64,000 nucleotides of DNA from Promethearchaeota archaeon (lineage in GTDB: Archaea > Asgardarchaeota > Lokiarchaeia > Sigyniarchaeales > SOKP01): NCBI GenBank assembly GCA_016839555.1, contig JAEOUA010000012.1, forward strand, positions 96,001 through 160,000. The letters run 5' to 3'. Position 1 is the first letter of the stretch. Each line of letters starts with the position of its first letter. Positions 20,636 through 32,400 of this stretch are shown here, one piece after another. The translations under genes and the position numbers were made by a program. Under the pieces are notes generated by a model. The model saw only the letters and a list, made by a program, of their open reading frames with translations, was not told the DNA's origin and searched no databases.

Positions 20636-21013
20636 TTAAATTAAAATACCATTTAATATACCATCTTGCCCAGGTCGGCTTGTAATTTTGACCTTTCCAA
20701 GTTCCGTATCAACAACTGCTCCTTTAGTAAGAATATGTCTACGATTAAGATCTTTAGTAGCTTTATTTTCTTCAAAATCTAATATTTTAACCTTTTGAGT
20801 TTTATGAGTACTTGGATCGGTAACATTTATATGGTTGCTTGAAAATAATTTGAGTTTATGATTTGCTCCCCAAGTTCTTTGACTTTTCTTTCTCTCAACA
20901 CCAATTTTGGTCTCAATTGGCGGTCGCTCTAAGTCTTTTTTTCGTTTTTTATGAAAACGTTTATATTTTTTTCCAGTATATTTTCTTTTACTTCTGTCGG
21001 TATCTCTGGCCAT
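20636..21013 (-). CDS. rps8e: 30S ribosomal protein S8e
   Basis: RSKRKYTG, ILTKGAVVDTELG, TSRPGQDG; ATG at 21013 preferred. Confidence 0.96.
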   Translation of the reverse strand: MARDTDRSKRKYTGKKYKRFHKKRKKDLERPPIETKIGVERKKSQRTWGANHKLKLFSSNHINVTDPSTHKTQKVKILDFEENKATKDLNRRHILTKGAVVDTELGKVKITSRPGQDGILNGILI

Positions 21014-21151
21014 GATATGCCACAATTATTTTTAATATCGTAATATAATTAATATAAAATTTCATAAAAATTTTATCGAAAAAACTAATTAAAGAAGGAA
21101 ATTTTATTTATAATATATTCAAAATAACTATTAATTAATAGCATCTTTTGT

Positions 21152-21814
21152 ATGACTATGATTGAGAAAAATATGAATCTTAAGAAATTAAACTTAGAAA
21201 ATTTGGATGAAGAAACCATCCAGAAGGCAGCTAAAACGGGAACAACAACGGTAGGCTTAATTTATAAAGATGGTGTCATAATTGGAACGGAATCGCAAGC
21301 TACAGCTGGATATGTAGTTGCCTCAAAAGTAGCTCAGAAATTGTTTGAAATTAATAAATTTACAGCAGCTACTATTTCTGGGGGAGTTGCAGATGCGCAA
21401 TATGTTATCAATCAACTTCAAGCATTATCACGATTACGAGAAGTAGAAAAAGGTGTAATTCCTGAACCAAAATATATCGCTAATATTACACGAAATATTC
21501 TCTTTTCTGGTCGATCTTATTATCTTGCGATGATGATAGTAGGAGGATATAGTACTTCTGAAAAGAAAGGAAAATTATATGGAATCGATCTATTAGGAGC
21601 TTTATTTGAGGAGGAAAGTTTTATATCATTTGGTTCCGGCTCTACTTATGCTCTTGGTCTTTTAGAAGCAGATTGGAAACCTGGGCTTTCTGAAGAAGAG
21701 GCCGTTGCTCTTATGAAGAATGCTATAAAAAGTTCTAAAGAACGAGATATTGCTTCTGGCTTTGAAATTCAATTATGTAAAGTTAATGAAAAAGGTTTTA
21801 CCAAAAGCCAATAA
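21152..21814 (+). CDS. psmB: Proteasome beta subunit with propeptide
   Basis: KTG|TTTVG autocleavage site, GSGS, RDIASG. Confidence 0.94.
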   Translation: MTMIEKNMNLKKLNLENLDEETIQKAAKTGTTTVGLIYKDGVIIGTESQATAGYVVASKVAQKLFEINKFTAATISGGVADAQYVINQLQALSRLREVEKGVIPEPKYIANITRNILFSGRSYYLAMMIVGGYSTSEKKGKLYGIDLLGALFEEESFISFGSGSTYALGLLEADWKPGLSEEEAVALMKNAIKSSKERDIASGFEIQLCKVNEKGFTKSQ

Positions 21815-21989
21815 TTTATATTTATTATTTAAATTTCAAATCTCTCTTATTTAAACTTTATTTTTGAGATTTATTGCATTATTTCTTTAAAATAAATTAT
21901 TATACTTAAAATTCTGTTATTAATTGGAGAAAGGAATAATTCTTATATTAAGATCTTAAAATTAGTAAATAGAATTTTTTTTACTCATT

Positions 21990-22478
21990 TTATTTTATAA
22001 TAACCTTTGTTTGAATGAATTCATTATTTAAATACATGAAAGCCTTTAGATCATTATTTTGCGATGCCATTATAGACCATATAACTCCTTTAAATGATTT
22101 TAATCCGCTGTTTTCCAGTCTTTTCATATAATTTTTATCAATTCCGCTGGGATAATTTGAATCACCTGGATGAGAATGAAAAATACTGAGAAGCCCCATA
22201 CTATGTTTTTTATAAGCTTTTGAATAAATTTTGTTTAATGTATCTAAATTATTAATCAAAAACGCAACAGGACTTTTTTTATCGGAGGTTATACATTTGA
22301 TTTTTTTTGCAAGATAATGATAAAAGAAATCATTTTCTTTCTCAGAATTTTCAATTTCTTTTTTCATCCCAAAAATCAAGCCACAAGCCTCATTAGGGGT
22401 GGCTTGTTTTACACATTCAATCGCTTTCTCTAAGATAGTATCAGAGAGAATTAATTTTATATCATTTTCTAATCTCAT
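21990..22478 (-). CDS. JAMM/MPN+ metalloprotease
   Basis: PNEACGLI, IFHSHP..PSGID (E..HxH..S..D). Confidence 0.9.
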   Translation of the reverse strand: MRLENDIKLILSDTILEKAIECVKQATPNEACGLIFGMKKEIENSEKENDFFYHYLAKKIKCITSDKKSPVAFLINNLDTLNKIYSKAYKKHSMGLLSIFHSHPGDSNYPSGIDKNYMKRLENSGLKSFKGVIWSIMASQNNDLKAFMYLNNEFIQTKVIIK

Positions 22479-22491
22479 AAGTAATACAAAC

Positions 22492-23181
22492 TTATTTAAT
22501 TAAAGTTAATGCTGAATTTAAAGTAGCTAATCGAGCGGTTTCAGAATCTTTTCCAAATCCAATAATCACTATATCCTCTTTTTCTAGCTCTGCATTATGA
22601 TCAGTGATTTTTGTTTTAAAATATTTTTGAACTCTTTTACTCAATTTTAATTCTTCATTATTTTGTGAAGCAGAGCTCGCAGGAAATATCAACTCTGAAC
22701 CATTGAATACCAAACAGGTGGCACCAGAACCATTAACTTTTATAGCAGCATCACGCTGTTCTATTCCGCTATTTAATTGTTCCGCTGCATTTTTCACAAG
22801 ACAAAAATAAATCATGTATTTTTCTTTTTCAATTATAATCTCCTCCAAAAATTTTGGATCTCCTTCCTCCAAAATGGGGATTTTTTTCTTAACCTTCTTC
22901 AAAAATTCTAATCCTTTTTCTGTAAGAATGTGCCCTTTTCTCTTATTATCTTCCGCTAATTTTATAAAATTCGTTTTTTCTTTTAATTTATTCACTAAAG
23001 AACGGGCTGTACCTGAACCAATAAGCAAATTTTTTTTTAATTTATATCTCCCGATTCCATCAGGATTTTTTGCAAAAATAATTAATGCTAAAATAATATG
23101 AACGATATCAAATGTGGGTCGAATAGTATCACTCTCAAATAATTTCTTCAGTTCTTCAAATATCTCATTCATATCATTCAT
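22492..23181 (-). CDS. Winged-helix protein, DUF4443/DUF2111-like
   Basis: IGRYKL..LLIGSGTARSL wHTH, SGIEQRDAAIK motif. Confidence 0.7.
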   Translation of the reverse strand: MNDMNEIFEELKKLFESDTIRPTFDIVHIILALIIFAKNPDGIGRYKLKKNLLIGSGTARSLVNKLKEKTNFIKLAEDNKRKGHILTEKGLEFLKKVKKKIPILEEGDPKFLEEIIIEKEKYMIYFCLVKNAAEQLNSGIEQRDAAIKVNGSGATCLVFNGSELIFPASSASQNNEELKLSKRVQKYFKTKITDHNAELEKEDIVIIGFGKDSETARLATLNSALTLIK

Positions 23182-23371
23182 TTATATAAAATACACTTTC
23201 TATAATAAATTATAGCTAATTTTACATAATTATATTTCCTAATAAAGATTCTAAAAAAGATATTATATTCTATTAAAAAAATTTGAAGATAGATACTGAA
23301 GAAAATAAAAAAAAAAAATAAAAAATTTGATGTAATTAATTAAATTTCTTAATCTTATTTGTTGAGACCCT

Positions 23372-23584
23372 TTAGAAGTATTTAATCGCTATTAGGATAT
23401 CATCTCGGGTGATCTTTTTTCTACCCGCATGTTTAGTCAATCGTAAAGCAACATCAGTTAAATTTTCGGCGCTTTTTTCAAGCCAACTAACTAATTCATC
23501 TACTGCATCTCTTGCAACTATTTCCGCTCCGTTATGCTTCATCAAGCGTCTAATAGGGCTCCAACTTATATATTCTCCTGCCAT
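23372..23584 (-). CDS. Archaeal histone (HMf-like)
   Basis: PIRRLMKHNGAEIVA..HAGRKKITRDDI histone fold. Confidence 0.93.
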   Translation of the reverse strand: MAGEYISWSPIRRLMKHNGAEIVARDAVDELVSWLEKSAENLTDVALRLTKHAGRKKITRDDILIAIKYF

Positions 23585-24202
23585 TTTATTTTTCCTCCAC
23601 TATTTTTTTAATTTATTATGAAATTATTTTTAATTATAAATTTCTTATAATAACATAGATCTTACCTATATTTAAAGATTATGGTTGTACCTTAATTTTT
23701 ATTGAAAAAAAATTAAAAATGATCAATTTTTTTGTCGAAGATGCACTCTATGATCAAGCTCAGACAAGATACGACAATTTGATCAAATTTTTGATTTCTT
23801 GTAATTCTACGATTTTAATATTATATAAGTTAAATTTAATTATCGTGAAAAGGTATATGCGTAATTAAATTGGATAATAATTGAAAATTTATTTAATATA
23901 ATAACGATGCAATCTATCATTTTTCATATTTTATAAGTTTATTATATCAATATCTTTTTAAAATTTAATCTCCCGCCGAAAAAAAATCATTAAAGTATGA
24001 AATAATAACAATTAAGTTATTAACCAATAATTATTAAATTATGATAATCGTTAAAAATATTTATCTATTAATTCTCGCAATCTCGGACCTTTAATATTTA
24101 AAAACATTATATACATTCTCACTTTTGACCTTGCTTAACAAAAATAATTAATTTTGACTCATAATAATAAATCTTTTTTTCAATATCTTCTAATTAAAAA
24201 TA

Positions 24203-25207
24203 ATGAAAGAAATATATCCCGGCATTTTTTTATCACGGGAAAAAGGCAGCCTTGGTGTAATTAAACCTCCCGAAAACATATATATTTTAGCGGGCAGAAA
24301 TGGGCTGATTTTCGATGCTGGCTATGGAAATATTTGGATTATCAAAAAGTTTTTAAAAGAATTTATAAAACTCAAAAAAATCTATGAAAAAAGAAATAAA
24401 TCTTTCAATATTACGAGAATTTTACCAAGTCATGTACATCCAGATCATTTCTCTGGATTGAAAAGATTGAAAAAATATCTGGGAGTACAAATTATTTTAA
24501 CCCAAAAAATGGCAGAAATTATAAAAAATAAAGAAACTTTCATTCAATATTATGAATCTGCTGATCCTCTAAAAGATGAATATCAAATCAAATCTACAAG
24601 AAATCTTCTTAGTAGCTATCTTCGAAAAATTATCTCACGGCTTTTCTTTAAACTAGTTTACGGATTATCATTTATTAAACAACCCGATATAATCATAGAA
24701 GAAAAGTCAAAAATTAGTATCAACGGTGAAGAATGGGAGATCTTTTCTTCTCCGGGGCATTCAAGCGATCATATCTCGCTTTATAATAAAGAAAAAGGTA
24801 TCTTATTTTCTGGAGATAATATTTTAAGAACCATAACAACCTGGTTAGGTCCTCCAAATTCAAATATAGAACATTATATTCGGTCTATAAAAAAGATTCA
24901 AAAGCTTCCCCACCTTAAGTTAATATTACCTGCTCATGGAAGTCCTATTAATGATCCAAAAAAAAGAATTAAAGAAATCTTATCCCATCGAAAAGAAAGA
25001 ACTGCTCAAGTTTTTAAATTAATTCAAAAAAACCCTGAAAAAGGTATCAGCCCAAATAGCATAATTAAAACGCTTTATCCGCAAGACGGAAGCTTTAAAC
25101 ATGGAGTAGCCCGAGGGTGGTGTTCGTTAACCTTAAAAATGTTAGCCTCTCAGAACCTTGTTTATTATAGAAAAAATGATAAAGAAATAAGGTTTTACCC
25201 TTTCTAA
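24203..25207 (+). CDS. MBL-fold metallo-hydrolase
   Basis: SHVHPDHFSG, PGHS, SGD, PAHG. Confidence 0.9.
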   Translation: MKEIYPGIFLSREKGSLGVIKPPENIYILAGRNGLIFDAGYGNIWIIKKFLKEFIKLKKIYEKRNKSFNITRILPSHVHPDHFSGLKRLKKYLGVQIILTQKMAEIIKNKETFIQYYESADPLKDEYQIKSTRNLLSSYLRKIISRLFFKLVYGLSFIKQPDIIIEEKSKISINGEEWEIFSSPGHSSDHISLYNKEKGILFSGDNILRTITTWLGPPNSNIEHYIRSIKKIQKLPHLKLILPAHGSPINDPKKRIKEILSHRKERTAQVFKLIQKNPEKGISPNSIIKTLYPQDGSFKHGVARGWCSLTLKMLASQNLVYYRKNDKEIRFYPF

Positions 25208-25349
25208 ATGATATTGTAGCATGTTTAGTATCTCATATTATTTATTATAACTATTACAATCTAAAAGCTTACTAAATATAAGCCTAAAGTATATAATCTT
25301 TACATAGTTTTTTCATATGGATGCATTATCTTATTAAATAACTCTTTTT

Positions 25350-25396
25350 CCATAGCTGCGTGAAAAAATACCTATTTTATGCAGTTATGGTTTTTT
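25350..25396 (+). terminator. Long hairpin plus T6 between convergent genes
   Basis: CCATAGCTGCGTGAAA / TTTTATGCAGTTATGG 16-bp stem (with G-U pairs on the + strand) followed by TTTTTT. Confidence 0.55.
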
Positions 25397-25487
25397 CTTA
25401 GATTCTACTTTATTGAATTTCTCCTTCTAATCATTAATATGAGAATGGAATAAAAAATATAAGAAATAAAAAAAAAATATGAATTTT

Positions 25488-26927
25488 TTAGAGTTTTCCC
25501 TCTTCTTCTAATTTTTTTAAAAATTTTTTTTCCTTTTCAAGATGGATTTCATGTAATTTCTTCTTTTGTTGTCTCCATTCACTTCCGTCTAAAGGATATT
25601 TAAACATAATTAATGCAGAAATTAATATCAGTATCGCTGGAACGATTGTGAACCCTATCATTATCCCTAAATCTACACTTGATGGTTGAACAAATAAACT
25701 CTCATCAAACCCAAAAGCACCTATTATTAAGAGAAAAAGCCATGGGGCCAGAGAATTTGTGGGTTTCGTAAGTAAAGCATTCATTCCGGCATAGCTAGTT
25801 TCCCTTCTTTTTCCCGTAAGGATTTCATCATTATCTATAATATCAGCCATAATCATCTGATTTGTAATCCAGTAGCCACTGAGCCCTATTCCCATTAATA
25901 TCATGGCAATTATTGCTAGCCCGAAATTCCAGCCGATTATAAATCCCACTATAAAGGCTCCGCTTGTGAAAAATAAACAGAAAATAAATGTCCTTTTCAA
26001 ACCCCATTTTTTTATTAAGCGACTATATACAGGAAAAAATAAGAAAACCATAATGAAAAACAAAAGCAATGGGACCATTGAGAGTATTCCACTAAGATCA
26101 AGCACGAAATCTATGTAATACAAGACTCCATTTGTTAATATAAATTGAGCTATAAGAAATATAAAGTTAGAACATTCAAATATTAAAAATGGTTTATTTT
26201 TCAAGGTTTCAACTAAACTGTCTTTATATCCAAGAGGTTCTTCAGTTATTGCATATTTGTTCTCCTTAATGAAATAACTGCTTATAAAGAGAATAATGCC
26301 TCCGATTATTCCAAAGATTATCATTATTATCCTAAAAATAGAAACTGCTGGATCATTTTGTATTGGTTCATCTCCAGTTAAGAAAAGCGCTGGTAATACA
26401 AAAGAAAGCAACATAGAAAAAGCACTTCCAATTGCTCCGAAAACCATTAAATTTGATCTTGCTTTTTCTGTAATTGCCATTTCTGCTGGAAGACTATAAC
26501 TAATTAAACCGATCATAGTAAATAATGTATCAAAAGTATATAACATGAAAAGTAAATTAAAGAATAACGCTAATTCAGTATTCCCAAATATAGGAAACCA
26601 ACTTAAAATAAATAATGCGGCATAAATAGGAGCCCCAAATCTGATATAAGGCACTCTTCTCCCATATTTTTCTGATCCCGTTCTTTCTTGAATGAATCCA
26701 ATAAGAGGATCATTTATCATATTCCACGCAATAAAGATTAACCATGCTAATCCAGTATAAAAAATATTTAATCCTAATTTAACATTGTAAAAATAAGTAA
26801 ATGTCGTAGCGATTACTAAACTAGAAAAAAATCCACTGGTAAAAGATATTCCACCGAAAGCTAATTTAGAACTAGTTGGTATTTCTTCTTCTATACTTTC
26901 TACATCTGATTTTGTGTTAGAACTCAT
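25488..26927 (-). CDS. MFS transporter, GPH (MelB-like) family
   Basis: WNMINDPLIG, GRRVPY, MADIIDNDE..TGKRRE; about 12 TM segments. Confidence 0.88.
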   Translation of the reverse strand: MSSNTKSDVESIEEEIPTSSKLAFGGISFTSGFFSSLVIATTFTYFYNVKLGLNIFYTGLAWLIFIAWNMINDPLIGFIQERTGSEKYGRRVPYIRFGAPIYAALFILSWFPIFGNTELALFFNLLFMLYTFDTLFTMIGLISYSLPAEMAITEKARSNLMVFGAIGSAFSMLLSFVLPALFLTGDEPIQNDPAVSIFRIIMIIFGIIGGIILFISSYFIKENKYAITEEPLGYKDSLVETLKNKPFLIFECSNFIFLIAQFILTNGVLYYIDFVLDLSGILSMVPLLLFFIMVFLFFPVYSRLIKKWGLKRTFIFCLFFTSGAFIVGFIIGWNFGLAIIAMILMGIGLSGYWITNQMIMADIIDNDEILTGKRRETSYAGMNALLTKPTNSLAPWLFLLIIGAFGFDESLFVQPSSVDLGIMIGFTIVPAILILISALIMFKYPLDGSEWRQQKKKLHEIHLEKEKKFLKKLEEEGKL

Positions 26928-27158
26928 TTTTATCAGTTTTGTTTAAGATATTATTAATATTTAGTTAATATTTTTAATAAAATGATTAATAAATCTTTGT
27001 GTTTCAAATTCTAATAAATTCATCTTTTTTAACTGATTTTTGAAAATACTTAAATTATTGAATGATAATTAATGAACTTTTTATTCTTTAAGGTAAATAT
27101 AATATTAAAAATTATTAATCCCTTTCTTTTTAAAAAAAGAATCTAATTTCTCATAATT

Positions 27159-29357
27159 ATGGGAAGTGAAACTAAAGGTAAAAGTGACAATAAGAGCGAA
27201 ACTGAAGAAGAAATACCAGAGTTCTATAATGATGAATTAATAAAGAAAAATATTATTCTATATCGACAATATCAGGAAAATATTGTAAAAAAATGCCGAA
27301 ACAAAAACTCTTTAGTAGTTCTTCCAACCGGCTTAGGGAAAACAATAATAGGGATAGTATTAATCGCAAAAAGGTTAAAGAAATATAAAACTCACGGAAA
27401 AGTTCTAATAGTAGCTCCGACACGGCCTTTAGTAGCACAGCACTTTTCAAGCTGTGAAAAATTTTTAAATATCCAAAAAGAAAACATTCAATTGCTTACG
27501 GGGAGAATTTCCCCCGAAAAACGAATTGTTCATTTTAATAAAGCGAGAATCATTATTTCAACACCTCAAGTAATAAAAAATGATGTGATGAGAGGGCGTT
27601 ATAGCTTAAATGAAGTGATTTTAACTATTTTTGATGAAGCTCATAGAACTAGGGGAAATTATGCGTATAATTTTCTCTCAAAGGAATATATGGAAAAATG
27701 TAGTGATCCATTAATTCTCGGACTCACGGCTTCTCCTGGAAAGAATTATGAAACCATCCAGGAATTATGTGATAATCTCTATATTGAAAATGTAGTATTT
27801 AAAACATATGATGATAAAGATGTGGAAAGTTATGTCCATAATATAGATATTTTTCTGGAAAAAGTGGAACTTCCCATTAAAATATTAGAAATAAGTCAAA
27901 TTATGGATGATCTTTTTCAAACCTATTTAAGATTCTTTATAGAGCGTGAGTTAATAAATCCCTATAAAACTTATTATTCGAAAGTCGATTTTTTGCATAT
28001 TGCTCAAGATTTAACTTTTTCTTTAAAATATGAGGATTTATTTACAAATGAAGCATGTAAAGAAGAGTTTTTTCAAGAACTACATTTTCATGACCCCCCG
28101 TTAATTACTATTGTTAGAAATAATGAATTAAACATTCATTCTATTTTTTCTTATTGTTCCAGTTGTATCTCCCTTCTACATGCGAAAGAACTATTAGAAA
28201 CCCAGCATATAAGTCTTTTTCAAACATTCTTAAAGAAATTACAATTCAAAGCAGAACATGATAATTTATCTGCTAAAAGAATCATTAATTCAGACCATTT
28301 TAAATTAATTAATTCCCTTATTGAGAAAGAAAATATGCTGGAATTAGATCATCCGAAAATTAATAAACTTCTTAATATAATTAGAGAAGAAATAAAAGAA
28401 TTTCGGAATAATAAAATTCTTGTTTTTACCCAATATCGAGAAATGGCAGATATTTTAAAAAAAGTAATTAACGAAGAATTTGAGAAAAAACTTATTGCTG
28501 AAAAATTCATAGGTCAATCGACGACAATTAATGAACAAGGCTTTTCTCAGAATCAGCAGATTGAAATTCTGAAAGATTTTAGAGAAGATAAAATCAATAT
28601 CTTAGCAGCAACAAGCGTCGCAGAAGAGGGATTAGATATTCCAAATGTAGATGCCATTATTTTTTATGAACCAGTAGCCTCTGAAATTAGGCATATTCAG
28701 AGAAGAGGAAGAACAGGACGGCAATCTCCAGGACGATGCTATATTCTAATAGCCAAAAATAGTTTGGATGTCCCTTTTTTTAAGGTTGCAAACAAAAAAG
28801 AGGATGCCATGAACGCTACTTTAATAGATTCTTCCCAATTAGATTTGGCTAATAATATAAATCGACAAGATATATGTTTCCCACTTAAAAAGGGAGCAAA
28901 AAAAGAATTTGAAATTATTAAAAATTATAGATCAAGAAGAAAAAAGGAAAAAGAATTATTAGCGAATCGCTCTATAGAAAAAATTATCGATAATATTGAT
29001 AAATTTTCCGAAAGTAAGAAATATAATAATTATAAGAACCATGGAATCACTTTTATTACTGATCTCATGCCATTAAATAAAAATAAATTAAAAACTAAGA
29101 TTATGAAAATGAAAAAGAATAATTCTCAAGAGAATAAGCCAAAAAAACAATATCTAAATCATAATGTAAAAACAATCATTAAATTGGTAGATACTTATAG
29201 TAAAAATGGAAAAATATCTTTTAATAAATTAAAGGAACTTGCCGAATTTGAGGATATTGTAGACAAGAAATTTTATATACATTTTAATCGAGCATGCTAT
29301 TTACATTATATTAAAAAAGAGGGAGAATTTGTGTATTTTTTAAAGTATTATGAATGA
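27159..29357 (+). CDS. hef: Hef/FANCM/Mph1-type SF2 helicase
   Basis: LPTGLGKT, DEAH, LTASPG, TSVAEEGLDIP, IQRRGRTGR. Confidence 0.88.
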   Translation: MGSETKGKSDNKSETEEEIPEFYNDELIKKNIILYRQYQENIVKKCRNKNSLVVLPTGLGKTIIGIVLIAKRLKKYKTHGKVLIVAPTRPLVAQHFSSCEKFLNIQKENIQLLTGRISPEKRIVHFNKARIIISTPQVIKNDVMRGRYSLNEVILTIFDEAHRTRGNYAYNFLSKEYMEKCSDPLILGLTASPGKNYETIQELCDNLYIENVVFKTYDDKDVESYVHNIDIFLEKVELPIKILEISQIMDDLFQTYLRFFIERELINPYKTYYSKVDFLHIAQDLTFSLKYEDLFTNEACKEEFFQELHFHDPPLITIVRNNELNIHSIFSYCSSCISLLHAKELLETQHISLFQTFLKKLQFKAEHDNLSAKRIINSDHFKLINSLIEKENMLELDHPKINKLLNIIREEIKEFRNNKILVFTQYREMADILKKVINEEFEKKLIAEKFIGQSTTINEQGFSQNQQIEILKDFREDKINILAATSVAEEGLDIPNVDAIIFYEPVASEIRHIQRRGRTGRQSPGRCYILIAKNSLDVPFFKVANKKEDAMNATLIDSSQLDLANNINRQDICFPLKKGAKKEFEIIKNYRSRRKKEKELLANRSIEKIIDNIDKFSESKKYNNYKNHGITFITDLMPLNKNKLKTKIMKMKKNNSQENKPKKQYLNHNVKTIIKLVDTYSKNGKISFNKLKELAEFEDIVDKKFYIHFNRACYLHYIKKEGEFVYFLKYYE

Positions 29358-29405
29358 TTTTTGTGAAAATATAGGAAAAAAGATAATTAATTTATAAAAA
29401 ACCTC

Positions 29406-32400
29406 TTATACTTCGTCTTTTTTCCTCCAAATAAGCAAATATATTATTCCCGTGATGATTAACCCAGGTATTATTAAACTCCATGGATTCCAATTGGTAA
29501 CGCGTAATAAATAGAAGGACAAAGTTAAGAAGCTTGCAAAAAATGCGATAATGGGATAATAATGTTTAGTAATATTTTTCAATCGATTTAGGAAACGATA
29601 GACCTTATAGTTCATAGATTTGATTACTTTTAGCTCATCCTCATCAAGCTTATCTAAGATTTCTGGGCTTTCATAATATATATTAAGTCTGGGATCATAT
29701 TTGCCTGGCAATTCTCCTGAACTTATTAAGGTAAGAAGATGATCTTGAATATTCTGTTTTTTAATCTTCAATTCCTTTTTAATGAACCCAATAGTAAGAA
29801 ATTCATTTGCCACCGCTTTAATTGCCATTTGAATGAAGCTTTTTAAAATCTCACTTTCCAGAGATTTTGATTTTTCACATAACACTACTTTGAATTCATT
29901 AATATATTTAGAGAAATCGATTAAAATATGCTTGTTTTTAGTTTCAAAATCTTTGGCTTGTTTATTGAATTCTCTTATTATTTTTCTTAACTGGGCATTA
30001 ATTTCATTAATTGTATCTTCAATATTTTCTACTCGTTTATCAAGTCTTAAATTAGCTCTTTTAAATTCATTAGTATCGATATAATCTTCAATCCTTGTTT
30101 GAAGTTTTCCTAATAAATGATTTAATTGTATTTTACTGGTATTAATATAATTAACTAAACTAGTGCGAAAGAGTTCATTTTTTTTTATTAAAAGGTTATG
30201 ATTAAGATTCTTCAATTCCTCATTAAATTTTATCATGAATTCCTCTTTTTTCCTAATAAAATGTTCGCGGATCTCAGGGCTTAATTTTTTTGTATTTTCA
30301 TCTTTTTCTAAGCTTTCATCCAACCTATCCAATATTTCTTCTTCAGTATTTTTAATCATGGAGTTATAATCTTCTTTTTTTTGTTCAAATTTCTCTTTAA
30401 TTAAGTTATAGGAGTCTGACTCTTCAATATTTTTATTCATGTTATTTACAAATGAGCTAAAATTTTCTTTTAATTGGGTAAATTTTTTATCTATAAAGCT
30501 CTGAAGATTCTTAAAAATTGTTAGATTATTTTCTATACTCTTAACTGCTAGGTCAGAATCTTTTACAATGTTTTGAAAGTAATTTTGTGATGCTTTAAAC
30601 TCTTTATTACTCTCAATATCAATGTCTAATTCTTTAACTTTATTTCTAAATCGTTCTCGCATAGCTTTATCGAAATCTTCTAAATCCTTAATTCTTTCTG
30701 CGAGTTCATTTAAATTTATCTTAAGGGTTCGATTTTTAATACATGAATCATAAAGAGCTAATGTTTTTCCTATTGTCTGATTATTGTATTGGATTATTTT
30801 ATTATTAATAAAATTCCGAAGTTCTTTATTTTTATAATAATGGTCTGTATAGAGCAAGAGAATTTTATCATCTTCAAGGAGTTTTCCATTAATTTTTGAG
30901 ATATCAATCAATTGCTTTATTCGCGGGACTGTGTCTTTCAGTTTCATCTCTATATATTTAGCTACATCCTTTATATCTAAATAAGAAGAATCACTTTTTT
31001 TGGCCAATAGCAGTACTTTATCATGAATAAAATCATTAATATATTCCTTCTTTAAATTTTTGATTTCATTTTCTATATATTCCTTAAATCTTTCCCATTG
31101 CATAATCGTTAGGTTTGATTTCTCATCAAAATTCTCTATTAAGCTCCTATTTTCTTTCAATTTCTCGTTATAAGAATTGTCATATTCATTATAATAAGTT
31201 AAAATCGCATTAAATCCATCAGAAATCTCTTTCACATTTAAATCAGATAAGTCTTTCTGATCTAACTCCTTTTTATAATCAATTAATTTGTTTCTACAAT
31301 CATTTATTTTTTCTGAAATAAAGGTATCAAATTGTTCAATTATAATCCTATTTCTCTCTTCTATTACCTTATGTTTAACATCTTGTATACCTTCGGCAAC
31401 TTTTTCGATAAGTTGTTCTTCTGATTCTTCTAATTTTTCTTGAAGATATCGAAAAAGAATATAAAGTTTTTGACGTGATCGACTCTCCTCTCTTACCTCT
31501 TTTTGTAATTCTAGAAGTTGTTCCAATTTATTGTCTATAAGCACATCTGACTCTTTTTTAATAAGTTCAAATGCTTCTTGAAATTGATTATTTCTTACTT
31601 TTTTCTTAGATTTATTTAATATAACTGATAGTTCATTATTTAATTCATTATCAATATTATTTAAAGTAGTCTCAATTTCCTTGAAAAAGTTTAATCCCTT
31701 AGAGTAATAATTAAAAACTTGGTTTAATTCATTTTTAATGCTAACCCAATATGATATTATTTCTTTATGCTTCTGATTAAGTTTTTTGTTCTTAGATGTT
31801 ATTTTTTGAGAAATAGCATAAATTTTTTCGTCAAATTTTTCCACTTCATTAATAATTTTGTTGTATTCTTCAAAAATTAAATTTAATTTCTCATCACTAA
31901 ATTCTTCTTCAAGTGTATCGCTAATAAAACTTCTGAATCCATCAATTCTTTTATTAAAATGATGCTCTAAATTTCTTAGTCTATTCTCCAGCTCATCTAA
32001 AATAATTTTATATTTTTGCAGTTCCTCTTTATTTGAGATTTTTTCTTTTAATTGTATATCAATTTCATTTAACTTTTTACTTAAAATGGAATATAGTTTA
32101 TGCCATTGCTTTATTTCATGAAATAAGGTGGCTTTAATACTAATATAATATAAATCTTCATTAAAAGAATTTTCAATATTTTCATTTAGAAAATCTGCTT
32201 CCATAAGTGCATTTCTTATGATATATTTTAACCTTTCTTTTGCTATTTCTATTTCATCAATAAGCAAATAACTTTCTATTTCTTCCTCTATCTGTGAAGC
32301 AATATTTTTTAATTTTAAAGTCATATTATAAATATCGTTTTTAATTTCATTTAGCACTTTTTTTTCTTCAAAAATTCTCTCAGAGTTAATTTTTATATCT

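Noticed and set aside
23585-24202. Long AT-rich intergenic region with a 49-codon + strand frame and several GATC sites; considered as origin or small gene
   Set aside because: No ORB-like repeats or adjacent cdc6; frame has no recognisable features
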